Assembly (NCBI GenBank): GCA_965644295.1
Contig: CBFFRP010000303.1
Coordinates: 1 to 64,000, forward strand
DNA length: 64,000 bases
Direction: 5' to 3'
Source: Paraphysomonas bandaiensis
Lineage: Eukaryota > Protista > Chrysophyceae
Each line of letters opens with the position of its first letter. The first letter of the stretch is position 1. Shown in pieces: positions 10,137-23,092 of this stretch. Position numbers and translations under genes: made by a program. The notes under the pieces were generated by a model. That model had not been told where the DNA came from and made no database searches. It saw nothing but the letters and a program-made list of their open reading frames with translations.

Positions 10137-13006
10137 AGAGAGTCAGTATAACAGGAAGGAGAGAGACGATAGAGGAAACACCGCATAAGAGTCTGAATAT
10201 GTGGCGCCCCGGTCACGATGAGGAGTTCACGAGCCATGCTCAGCGCAAGGGTGTGAAGATATACCTTAATGGCGAGTTCGAAAGCGGAAAAGGCAATACT
10301 TTTATGTGTACGCATATAGAGCCAGGTCTAACTGTACGCTCTACCCTATTCAGATCTACATATTGAATCCGATTGGACATTACGTGATTTTTTGAATGCA
10401 TGCGCTCAGCGCTTGGGAACATCGATGTCCTTAAAGCGCGTTTTCAATGCAGACGGTACTCATTTTGTATGGTTTACAACTATGTAACAGATGATACAAT
10501 AGGTAATGACCTAGATGACTGCATGATGATAGAAGACAATGACATTTTATTTCTGTCCAATGGGGATGACTTCATCCCCCCACGTCTGGATGTTGGAAGT
10601 GTGCACATGCGAAGTGGACCCTCTTGGGAGTCTATCCCAAGTGTTATATCGGGCTTCAAGATAGGAGATGTTCTTGGACGAGGAGGCTTCGGTGAAGTTC
10701 GTATTGGAGAGCATCACCTCACGGGCGAGCGGGTCGCCCTCAAGTTCTTGCGAAAAGCGGAAATCATTAGCATGGGTGCCGCTGAGAGAACTACCACAGA
10801 GATTCAATGCTTATCTGCACTTCGCCATGCACATATCATACGACTTATGCAGGCATGTATATGTCCATATCTGACTTATACTTAGTCGCTAACCGCTTAT
10901 TAGCATTTGGAGTCACCACACCATGTTGTATTGGTCTTCGAGATAATGGAGGGTGGGGACCTTGCCAAATACCTTTTGACCCGGCAGGAGGAGGCAGTTA
11001 AAAGTGGAGGACTTTTGTCTACTTTTCCTTACGCTCTCCCCGAGGATGAGGCGCGGCACGTATTTAGTCAGGTGCTGTATAGTGCCTATATTGATCTATG
11101 CTGAAGTTATGCCACAGATTATAAGCGCGATTGGGTATGCACATAACCAGCACATTTGTCATCGAGACTTAAAGCTGGAGAATATACTTCTAAAACACGC
11201 TGACCTTTCCTGTGTAAAGATTGCTGATTTTGGCCTGTCAGCTTTTTACAGGTTACAATGCAATATTATGCTATGTTAAATTACCGCTTCAAACAGGCCT
11301 GGTGCCATGATGAAGTCCAGCTGCGGTACTCTCTCTTTTCTTGCCCCAGAGGTATTCCAGGGAACCTCCAATGCTGGACCACCCTTGGATGTCTGGGCTC
11401 TTGGTGTTATCCTGTTTGCCCTGCTCTGTGGGCGTCTCCCTTTCGAGGGGCCTGATTTGGCGGGTACGAAGCGTCCTCGAGATACTATAATCCGCTCTCG
11501 TATATCGAAGGGCCACTACAAGATAGAAGAGGGACTCAGCCCAGAGGCTAAGGATTTGGTGCGACGTATGTTGAGAGTTGATCCGTCGATTCGTGCCTCT
11601 GTGCCGGAGATATTTTCTCATGTCTGGATGAAAAGCACAACTGGTGCAACATATGATTCCTCTCATTCTAGTAGCCACCGTGATCTAGTATCTCCGTTAT
11701 CCGTGATGCAGAAACTCACGGTTGGCGCCCCAAGCACTCTACCCGCCCCTATCTCCAACGTCGTGGACACACCAACCCCTGCTACAGGAACTTACACACA
11801 GGGAAGTCACGGTGGGGGTGAATCCTTGAGCAGTGTTGGTGGGAAAATGGTTCCTTCCCTGCTTCGAGCCCCCCCTCATCCTCCGCGAAGTGAGGACGAA
11901 TACGACTCTTTTACTGGGGTTCTATCCGGGCCTTCCTCGAATGAGATGGAGCACGAGGATGGACTCGAAACGCTAGATATGGACAGGGTGGTGTCCAGAC
12001 TGGCGAATACTTCTCCTATTTCTGAGTCGGTTGAAGTGGTGCACTCACACACGCCTAGTCGCAGCCGGCGAGGTATGTTTACTCTTTATGTAGCTGTATG
12101 CCACCCTTTCATTTATTAACTTTTTTCATAGCTTCTAGAACATCGCAGGATGAAGAGAGCGAGTCTGTAACTTCTTCTCCTAAACCTTCTTTTGTCCTCG
12201 TTCCGCTAAGGAGGAATCCCAATAATGTCGCGAAAGATACCCTGCTGTCGCCACGCAGGCCACGTACAGCCACTGGTGACATCACTGATAGCTCGGATAT
12301 TTCCAATATGGAAGTCAAGGCCGATAGTGACATTGTTACGTCAGTGTATAGATCGGGTCGTCACTCGAACGCCGGAGACTCTATCTCCGGAAAATTGTTG
12401 TCTTCAAGGCGAGAGGGAGGTGGTGAGAATGGTCACTCCCCACACTCCACAACAAACTCTCCATCCCATGGGACGGGAAAGCAAAGAGGATTCAAGAAGG
12501 CAACCTCCTGGAATGAGTACGACAACAAAGATACTATGGGTGATTATTCGGTTGTGCATACCCCCCGCAAGACCGGAGGATTCATTGGAGAGTCATTGGA
12601 GTATAACGCATCTTTCGTATCCCCCAGAACTAACAGCTCTATGGGTGGGCGCACAAAGCATTCGTCGTTGCATATCGCTGGTTCTGCCTCACTTAAAGCC
12701 TGCACCAGTGCGTCAGTACCGCCCAGAGAGACTGGAACACACCCACCCTCACATATGACGGAGTCTCCCACAACTACTAGGAGGAAAGGTGCTCTTTCAT
12801 CAACAGCTTATGGAAGCAGACAAGTAGGGGCGCTACAGTCAGCCACCGTAGGGCCTCGTACTAATGTTTCCAATACACCGTATTCGCACCACGATCCATC
12901 GTATTTGGCCTCTGCTGGTAAAAGGGCTGGGACTAGCCATAAAACCAATAGACGGCAGTCTGAAAGTCCACATATTCCGGGAGTAAATGACGATAATGTC
13001 GCATAG
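10137..13006 (+). CDS. Multi-exon CAMK-group (AMPK/MARK/BRSK-like) Ser/Thr kinase with a probable N-terminal DCX/ubiquitin-like domain and a long Ser-rich tail; start codon uncertain
   Basis: [31 protein letters not shown] and DVWALG are spread over ORFs 10400-13006, separated by ~45-50 nt introns. Confidence 0.88.
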
Positions 13007-13580
13007 CATAACTTGTCGTTTTAGGTTATGGTGTACTGTATTTAGTATTAATTTAGATAACTTTGAGCGTCGTTTCTATGGCATATATAACGTATATCTC
13101 AAGTCATAGTTTCGAGGGGATTTTGTAGTTATATTATCATATAGCCGATGCTCGTGTTCAATATTATACTTTGGGCCTTGTGTAACGCTCGGCTAATCTG
13201 AATCAATGCATTAAATTATACTCTAAATTGCACAGTACTTACTGAATAATGTTAGAAGAGATACAGGAAAACTGTGATGTTATAGCACTGTGATTGTAGA
13301 AAATAGAAACACATCAATCACCACCAATATTTTCTTCTACAAATCATATCTTTAACAGCTATTATATTTTTGGTTTCTTTGTGTATTTAATATTTAACGC
13401 ATACCATGGACAATTAAATGTGATTTACTTAAGTATATACTTGCAGTTTATAGACAATGCACAAAGTACAGTATATTATAGCATACTACTGCAGACCTAA
13501 TTATAGCATAATTGCACGAACTTAAACAGACCTAATTAGCGCTATCACTGATGGTACATTACCAATACGACTAGATATTA

Positions 13581-15917
13581 CTATAAAAAGGCAAGCTTCC
13601 TCAAGTCACTGCTTGTCTGATTCTTTATGTTTCGCTTCTTCACCCTTTTTGTCGCTGCTGCAGTTGGACCTTGTTTTGATTCTGCGGCACTGCTGCTTTG
13701 TAGTGCCGGATAGTCATCTTCGGATACAATACTAGCTGTAGGCTTCGTTGTCGTAGAAGTGGGCTTGTTGGCGCCACCAATAGTCACCCAATTTCCAGGA
13801 AACCCCTCTTTCTCACTTAAAGGTGTTGGGCGAGAGGATTCCCCGTTTGATGTACTGGTTCCGACAGCTGGAGAAGGAGGGCCCCAATTACTTGTAGTCG
13901 TTGTTTTCTTCCCCTTCGGTGCGGACGAAAGTGCGGGGTACTGCTCTTTTCCTGATTCCTGAGAATCACGGTGCATCTTTCCAGCTGGTACAAGATCTCC
14001 GAAACCTGGTGGAGGCGGAGGAGGGGGAGCGGGTGAATTGTCTGGCGCTGGGGATTTCTTTGATTTAATAACCTGTATTCCGGCACCTTTACTCTTGCCT
14101 GTCTTCGACTGCACACCTGCAGAAACTAGCGCTGTACCCCACCCACTAACACTGGTATGAGACTGAGAGGAAGACTTTTTTTTGGTGGGTAACTTTTTGC
14201 TATTAGTGACATGGTCCGGTGCAGGAAGAGGAGGGCTGTTATCCTCTATGCTAGGAGAAGTCTGAAAGAGAGCTAACCCAGGAGGTACTGACATATCATT
14301 CGCCGTAGGTGCTGCAGTAGTTGGTGGCTTTACATGCAATTGCTGACGCTGCTTCTCCTGTCTCAACTTTTCGGCAAGAGTCTGTTGGTGAGAAGTAGGT
14401 GCTGGGTTGGGTTGCTGTTGTGTAGTGGAATGAGCCTGTTTTTTCGGGTTTGAATTCATTTTAGATGAGGACTTGGGAACTGCTGCTTTGGCAACTGTAG
14501 GCGCTTTTGCCGCAGCGGCAGAGGGAGGCTGAGCTGGAGGTACACCGGGTACATGCCTACCCCCTACACCGGTGCGTCCCCTCAAACTTAGTTTCTTGTC
14601 CACTCGAACAATGCTTCCCCATCCCTTACCACCGGTCCTGAGTCCAGAACCTCCTAGTACTGGAAAATCTTCACCGCCCGATTTTCGTTCTCCATTTCGA
14701 CCAACCCACACAGGTGTACCCAATGAGGAACCTGTTCCCATGAGGGCCGGGTAGTCTTCAGGGGTATACTCGTGTCCAGCAGTTACAGACACATCTTCCA
14801 CTCCAGCACTATCAGATGATACGCCGGATTGCTCCCGCAACACGTCTCGTGGATCCCTCACCGCATCGGGTAACTCTACTTGCCACTCCCCTCCAACAGC
14901 ACGCCCGCCCATGCCTCCCTCCATTCGGCCCCCGCGCCTTCTTCCCCCCCCACCTCTCTCCTGGCCCTGCAATTCCTCACCAATGCTTTCACCACCTCGA
15001 CGAGTGCGAAACTCAACAGGTATAGTTCGACTCACCCTTACGTTGGGATGGCAATTTAGCATATGCGCTGCATGATCTATAGCGTCTCCAAATACAACGA
15101 ACTTTTTCTGTAGGCATGAGGGTTCCTCACATAAGTGGTGGGCCTGGCGGAAATGTGCTTCCAAGCAGTTGTAATTACTATAATATTTGAAACGGATACC
15201 ACTCTTTTCGCATAAATGACAAGAGAAATGGTCCTTCTGAAGATGAGAGAATAGCTGCTCTTTGTCGTAGTACCGTTTTCGGCAGAATTCGCACATTGGG
15301 TGTCCTTCGAATCCCTCCTCTCCTCCAGTGCGAAGGTGTGTGTCGTACTCGGCCTTCGAGTACACCCGCTGCTCGGAGGGGAACACCCTCTTATGCTCGA
15401 TACAGAGGCTGCACATCTGACAGTCATGCTCTGATGATACATGACGACTAAGTGCTTTAACATCTCTCTTCCAAACTCCACAAGCACGGCACTTACACTT
15501 CCAAAGGGAGTCCACCTGATAAGTCGTAATGAAATACTTTTAAGAATGAACTCATCACAACTAACCTTTGACGAGTAATACGATCGTGGAAAAAACATTC
15601 GAGATTTATGATCAAAAACGAACTCCGGCCCAGCGTTCTCTCCCCATATTGAAAAACTCTCATACGTATCGTGACTGTTCTTTGTGCACACCACACTATC
15701 CGCTTCACTCTTACTGTATACATACAGAGATATTACACGATACCCCACACCGCCTCACGTCACATCACACTCACCATATCGGGCACGAGAATGTTTGCAT
15801 GAGTGACCGGACACGCAGATAACATATGCTGCATACACCTCTGTGGTTACAGGGCCCCACCGCATGCAGCCTCTGACTGCAGTCTATCTCCTCCGCACAC
15901 ACGATGCACTCTTCCAT
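13581..15917 (-). CDS. ZNF598/Hel2-like RING + C2H2 zinc-finger E3 ubiquitin ligase (3 exons)
   Basis: N-terminal RING (CIVC...CNH..CSIC...CPI), GHPMCEFC, HFSCHLC, HHLCEEPSCLQKKFVVF; repeated EDY/FPAL motifs in a disordered C-terminus. Confidence 0.9.
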
Positions 15918-17205
15918 TTCGATCAACTGCACGCTAAAGAATTCTCTTCTTGTTATTTCACTGTCGCTGTCGCTGTCGCTGTGTGTATTATATGGACACC
16001 GATGTTCCTCTTGGCTGAGTGGTATGTGCTGCTCGTGCACTATGGTGTGGTATACTGTACTGCTGTATGTATATATCCAGTAGAGAGTATAGTACATGCT
16101 GCTGTACTGTACAGCTGTACGGCATTGCACCACAGCAAGAAGGCCTCCTCTGCTGCCACACACCCCACTACTACTACAGTAAAATACATCCGTAGGAAAG
16201 GAGATAATCATATTCTTGATATCTTCTTCACGGCTCCCACTCATAGACCAATGGGATAAGATTGATACAAGAATAATACATTTCATTGGATATGTACTAA
16301 CCAATCAAAATATCATAATCATATATGGTAGGTTATAAATCCACGTCTGTCTGTTGGGAGAGTGTCCTTGTGTCTTAACTTGGAATATAGGACACCAAGC
16401 ATTTCGACCGTCTGTCACAGATTTCATATCATTTGAGTTGAATTCAGTTCTCGAGATAACTGTAATCGAGTCCATCTGTGATGATGCTATGTTTGTTGCC
16501 TCATAATAAATTGTCATCCCATTGATATTGTAACAGACTCATCATGTGTTTCCATAACTAAAGAAGTGTGCAGTGTGCGCTTATGCAATTACTTTTGTAT
16601 GTATACTATAATTTTTCTAATGATTTATTTTCACCTATGATAAAAGTATTAACGCCAAGTATAATTCCGAGACCATGTATACAAATGGCGAAAACACTTA
16701 TCTTCATCAATACTTATACCCTTTGCTCAAAATATTATAGTTTATAGGATACGGCACTGAACATTGCTAGATACTACGTCGCGGAAAGAATTATTGTATA
16801 CTATACTGATATAGTACTAGTACCATTGAGGCTCGTACTATTTCCTGAGCTAAGGTTTCAACTGTAGTATTGACACACACTGCATTGTAGTATATTACAA
16901 TTAATAGTTTCTATGATGTAACTGAGACATTAACAAATGGATTTTATTAAAAGAATGGTTGTAAAAACTATTCCACATTAATAACTTAATAACTACTTGA
17001 TAGCTTGATAGTAATGCAAGTGACGTTGAAAATATTTCAACAGATAGTTCGATTACGTTTGAAAACACGATCATCCAAAGTCAATATTGCACATATTACT
17101 ACGTAAACTAGAAACTTAGCATGTATGAAGAATTTTGAGGTAATACAGAACAGGTAGATAGTGACAAGAAAACGACAATTACATATATATAACTTCTCAA
17201 TATAT

Positions 17206-19791
17206 CTACATTTGGCACAGTAAAGAATCTAGAGCGCATTCCGCAGATTTGCGAACAAGAACATTCCAATGAGAACGATCGGCTCGTAAATTGTCTACTA
17301 ATGTTTCTAGTAGATTCGAACATTCACTATCTTTGTCCGACATAAATAATATCACAATGGCAGGATGAATGCATAGTTGTATAGCTTCAAGGGCAACCTT
17401 GAAGTGAAGTGAGGTTGTACAGCGTGTAAGTTTTACGAGACATTGGTATTTAGGTGAGGCACGAGGAAATGACGCCAAAGAAGGGATAGTATCTTTATGA
17501 GTGGCTGGAGGCTGAGAAGATAGGGACGATCTGTTAGTACAAAAAGGCAGAGCGACGCCCAATGCCTATATATGTACAAATTAAAAAAATGACCCACATT
17601 GAACTAGAGAACGCGTATACCATACATCGAACTAGAAAGTTCACCAAAAAATATGTATCTTTTTATAATACATACCTTGAGAAAAGCAATTTCTCGTACA
17701 GAATTTTCACCACCAGGCCAGCATCGCAGAATAGCAGGAAGTATAAGGCTATCCACTTTATTTACTGTGTATACAGTAATAAGAGACACATCATACAAAT
17801 AGTAGCATCCATTTAACTAAGTCCGCTACAGCAAGTATATTTCACACACATATAAAAGTAGCAGTCATTCGAGTTCATAATTATTCGTACACGCACCTTC
17901 CATTCGCGGTATCAACTCAGACAATATTATAAGTGTATTCTGTAATACAACTGGTTCCTCAACGCTTTCGGTTGATTTCCCTAATCGCCTTCCGTAGCAT
18001 TTAAGAATATTAACTATCACATGCAACACAGTTTCCAGAATAAAACTTCTGTTGTAGGCGCTGATGTCACCTCGAGATGAGGTGGGATTAGTCAGGATTG
18101 GTTCTGAAATGACCATATATAATGCTAGCTCCACAATGAAGTTGTCATGATCTCTGGTAATTGCTGAATTCGATAAGCCAGAGCTATTGATATCGGTTGA
18201 CATCTGCGGCCCCAGTGATGGAAAAAGAACTGTCGGCTTCGAAGCACTTGAAGATACGAACGTAGTAAACATAGATGCAGTACGTATAGTAGAATTACTA
18301 TTCGAAAAGTGGTCACATGAAGTACTTGAAATACATGATTCCAATGAATCGGGTGTTTTACGAATGTCGTCCATATAGTCAAGCGACTCTTTCAAAGAAA
18401 GGTAGTTAGGATCCACTTCATCCCTGACTGCTATGCGTGAGCCAACTTTGCATCTTGCGAGTCTTAGATGGCTCACTTCACGAAGGGAGCTAACTAGCGT
18501 CTCTCTTAAATAAGGACAATTCAGGCAAAGAGCTTTAAGCACCGAAACACGAGGTGAGGTGAAGCGATCATCCTCGAATGGGAGTTGGTTCACTAGGCAC
18601 GTGATGAAGTGTGCATCAATGAAAGTCGACAAAATATACTCAGGAGGAACTGCAAGACCTGAAAATATATACACACTATCAAGAGGACAGAAGACATGAC
18701 AACACGCAATTTTTCTGTAACATAAAATGCCTATTTACCTGGACTACTCGTGATACTAGCTGTTCTGTTTGATGAAACTACCATACACTCCACCGCACTC
18801 GACGATGTACTGAAAACACATGAATCAACTTTCACTGGCCGAGAGCAACCTATAATTCCCAGTCCAAACACATATTAGTGCAGCTCATTAAAATGTAATA
18901 TATATGTCATTCAGTGTACAATGAACAACACATCGCATGCAGCGATGCAGTAATTAACTGTGTAATATGAATCAACATCCGCCAACTGTATAATATCTAC
19001 ACTGAAGCAAATGCGTTTCCTATACATACCTGACGATATAGATAGAGTGTCACTCTCCCTCGCTTCAATACCTAGCGCTTTTGATGTGAGCAGGGAGTTA
19101 TTTATAAGTCCATTGAACCACGCTTCGTCCACCACCTCTATCGATCGGCAAGATTCTAAAGAATCAATATTATCATCGTCGTCATCCATCCAGTTTTTCG
19201 AAGACTGGGTTAGCAAAATGGGTCCAAATAAGGCCTAGTTGAATGCGACTTAAACATGACAAAAAAACACAACTACAATCGCTGAGCAAGGGGATGCATG
19301 TATAAAAACAGTAGGAATTGCAGCAGTACAAGTCAGATCGAAGTTTGAAATTTAAATATAACGCACATACAGTTGGACGTAGAATGATAACTTACTTGAA
19401 AAATAACTCTCGACAGAGAATCCCCTGAGGCGTTTCTATTCGACGAGGATTTCGGTGGACTAAGAAGTCCAGCCTTTAGTGTGGATGAAAATGCTGAACC
19501 GTTACTGGCGAGGTGATCTGATATGTTTCTCTTCAATCTAGTGGGCGTACGAGGCGATCCCATTCCACTCATTGTGCAGCTTGCACAGCCGCTATTGTTG
19601 GATATCGATGACATGTATGGTGATTGCCCATATGTCGCAGAAGTGCGCGGTGGGGTGATACATTTTCTTGGGGTTGATCTCACTGTATTCGCCCTCGAAG
19701 ACTTCTGTTTGTGTGAATGTGAATCGCTATCATCATCTATTAATAAACAAGACCCAGAGTACTTCCGTTGTCTGTTCTTTTTTCGGTTCAC
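17206..19791 (-). CDS. Divergent PP2A B56 (B') regulatory-subunit-like protein, multi-exon; N-terminus uncertain
   Basis: FIDAHFITCLVNQLPFED (cf. YIDxxFVxxLLxLFDSED), WPGGENSVREIAFL (cf. WPxTNSxKEVMFL), SLHFKVA (cf. SHFQVAE), HWNVLV. Confidence 0.6.
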
Positions 19792-20528
19792 ACAGCGCTT
19801 TTGAGCGTTGGCACAACGAGCTCTGTAATTATAATTATCAACGGCAATAACATGAATCCGTACACTCTACCGAACAAAACTAGACAGCTTTACTTCTGGC
19901 ACACGTCTACCAGATGAGTGAGAGGATTTCTTAAGCCTTCTGGTTGTCGGGTACTCTTCAAAGCCCCTGATCGAGGAATAGACATCTTCTGACACGCACG
20001 TGATGTACATGTTCCTTAATATGACCCCACAGTATGTATCATAGCACCAGCGGTATGAGTTTAAATTAATCTGCTATGTTCATTCCACTGTCCGGACTGA
20101 CATATTGGTGATTGTAATCATAGTCATCAGGACTGTACTGATATCTCCCGCATAGATCCGCTGCTGTACTGAGATCTTATTCAAAATATTCAAATACCGT
20201 GCCATATGTCCCGTTCACGGCTCCTAACTTACCGTAGCAAATCATATCTCTTGGCTATGAAATAAGAGAATTTTATTGGAAAAAGAATGATGAGAATAAC
20301 GGAATATTCGGAGTTGTATACCACACATATGTGTACTCCGGTAGACAGGTACGCAGGATCTGTAGTGTACACAGGTACACCACACGACAAGTGCAGGAGT
20401 TGAACGTTGAGCAGGGGCGGTGAGATGTACTGCTGTATGTCCGCCCTGAGAGCTGGCTGATATAGAGAACAATCTCACCCGATCATACTATCGATCGATA
20501 TCATTGACTCTCAGGATATCTATTTTAA

Positions 20529-22001
20529 ATGGGGGCCAGCATCAGCTCTGTCTCCCCTCTACAGGGGTCAGAGGTAGCCCGTCGCATGAGAGAGGAGTAC
20601 GAGTCCTCCTTATCTAGAGGGATGTCACCAGAGGCTCAGCAGAAGTACTTAATACAGAAATATGATGAACTTGTTCAATCTGTGACGAAGTCGAAGTCAC
20701 CAATGAAGTATGCGACGAAGAACTCGAAGAGGATGTCTCGAGGAGTCTCAAAGGCTGAAATCGATTTGGCGTCTTATAGTAATCAGAATCAGCGCTCTCA
20801 TTATCGGTCATATGATACAAAGCCTTTACAATCTCCAAGAAAATCTTCTCGTATAGTGGTGTCGAAATCGCAAGATAATGATACTTCTATTGAGAAGGAG
20901 TGCATTCAGCCACAAATGCCTGCCCCTTCTGTTGGAGTTAACGAGAGTATGTGTCCTACACGGTTATACTTCTCTTATTGATGTGGTTATTTTTACCAGA
21001 TGATACTTGGGACTCTGTTAAGGGTCAACCATCGTGCCTGATTTGTTCTATGCTTTTTCCTACAGCCCAGAAGCTTCTCAAACACGAGAAATATTCGGTA
21101 AGAATATAACGTTTAACCTAACGTCATCAGTAATATATATTCTCTGTAGTCTCATCACCAGGCTGTTATGAAAAAGATGGAGGCTAGGGCCGCCAAGGAA
21201 TCATCTGGTGATTGTGAAAAGAGCACTGAAGTACCCCAAGAGTTCGCACCTACGACACGTTGTCGAGCGTTGTACACTGGCCATAAATATTTTTGGAGGT
21301 TGCAAGATACATTCGAGGTACACATATACGAACACTATGAGGCACAGTGTATAGAGGTGATCGCTCATGAGGGTAAGGCTAATACTGAACTGCCGCGTAT
21401 TTATATGGATGAGAATGCCCTCATATCCCATATCGGAAAGAATACCGTTATTCAACGTGTTGACAATATTCTCATGGAAAACTCCTACCTACCTGTCCCG
21501 AAAGTTCTTCCCCCGTATTTTCTTTTATATGAGGAAGAGAAACGAATCGCTATTGCTAGCCACATTCTCGGTAGTCTTTGGGCGGACCACGACACTTCTC
21601 GCAAGTCTATATTCACAAAGCAAGTCTTCTACAGCCCTAGCCCGCCAGTAACTGGCATCAAAGTAGTGTTGGACTACAAGCCTGTGTCCGTTACTCCAGT
21701 GTTCATTGCTCGAAGAAGACATTCGACAAAGGGTAATGTATCAGATACATTAGAAGATATAGGACACATGCAACACGATATCAAAGAAATTACGCGTAAG
21801 ACCGATAGATTAGCTGACCTGGTGTCAAGTGGTGTGAATTTGTTCACAAAATTAGGCAAGAGACAGAATGAAAGGATGCAAAAGTATTCCACTGCCAAGA
21901 GGCGATGGTTATGGGCTATTGAGATAGTTCTGCGAAAAAATCGAGTCCGTGCAACACGGGAAATATTGCATTTGCGTTCACACAGAAAGGATGGGCTATA
22001 A
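20529..22001 (+). CDS. Uncharacterised 3-exon protein with N-terminal MG and a C2H2-like finger (CLICSMLF...HEKYSxxH)
   Basis: ORFs 20529-20981 and 21168-22001 are linked by a small GT-AG bounded exon at ~21000-21097. Confidence 0.65.
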
Positions 22002-22591
22002 TGTATCATTTCCTGAAAAATGTAGTACGAATAGACATGAGTTACACTAATTCAATGTAGAATAACCGAGAACACTTTGCATTGCTCTTACGTTTGATGT
22101 GAATAGAAATTTATTTTATGTTTAGTGTCATGGCACTGTATTGCTCTACGGCAGGGATATTGCAGAAAGCGGTGCTTCTGTGTTGCAACTTAAATTTATG
22201 CAATGTATAATATCCGAAACTGACATTCTTAAAGGATGACTAAAATATAAATACACTCAATAATCTATTATTAAAATTGGGATATAAATCTCTTATCATT
22301 CATTATTGTTCACTAAATTTATGTTCTCTCATCAATCCTACTATAATCTACTAATCAATATTATCAGATCTTAGATAGTCACTCTCTTATAAATTCAAAG
22401 TATTTCAGATTTCTGTAAACTAAGTGATATTCGTATTTCATATACTACAGTTCGAATATCTTTAAATACAGCTTTTGATTGATTGACACTCAACATTCCT
22501 TCTCAACTCAATGCTGTAGATAGTAGATAGAATCATTATATCTCGAGACATAACTGACGAATACGCAACCCTCGAAAAAAAAGACAAACCA

Positions 22592-22685
22592 CCCTGAGCA
22601 AAGCCGGACTCGCAGCACTTCGGTGGTCTTCCGGGGGGATAAGTACCGAAGATATGTCTGCGGGAAACCAACGTGAGCTGCATAT
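22592..22685 (+). ncRNA. Isolated 5' head (putative HDV-like ribozyme) of the short retroposon family, copy 2
   Basis: CCCTGAGCAAAGCCGGACTCGCA...GGTGGT...GGGGGGATAAGTACCG...CGGGAAACCAACGTGAGC, homologous to 38559-38645. Confidence 0.6.
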
Positions 22686-22904
22686 ACAAAGTCGAGGTAA
22701 TACCAAAACCTGGGTTTTGATGTAAAACCTGGTGAAATTTTTGGTGATGGTCGGAAAAGGGTATAACTATGCACAATAAGTAACTATGAAGTTAATAACA
22801 GTGTGAAGAGTATTATATTAATCTTGAAAATATTACTTCAGTTTTACAGCAATAAAAGTCACCGACTACACATATATATTACATACAGTTCACAAGTATG
22901 AACT

Positions 22905-23035
22905 ATAACCATCTCACTAAACACCACTATACCATCTCAGAATACACCCACATACCATCTCACTATACACCCATATACCATATACCATCTCACTATACAC
23001 CCATACCATATTACTATGCATCACTATACCATCCC
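22905..23035. repeat. Degenerate minisatellite (CTATACCATCTCACTATACACC-like units)
   Basis: Repeated ACCATCTCACTA/ATACAC units. Confidence 0.7.
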
Positions 23036-23092
23036 ACATTGTATTTATCGTATTCTACAGGACTATCTTAGAGAATCATACGTATTCCAACA
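23035..23092 (-). mobile_element. Remnant of an element-2-family LTR end
   Basis: CACATTGTATTTATCGTATTCTACAG...CGTATTCCAACA is nearly identical to 25808-25865. Confidence 0.75.

Noticed and set aside
9698-10315. 205-aa minus-strand ORF
   Set aside because: Antisense to the probable 5' exons of the kinase; no motifs.
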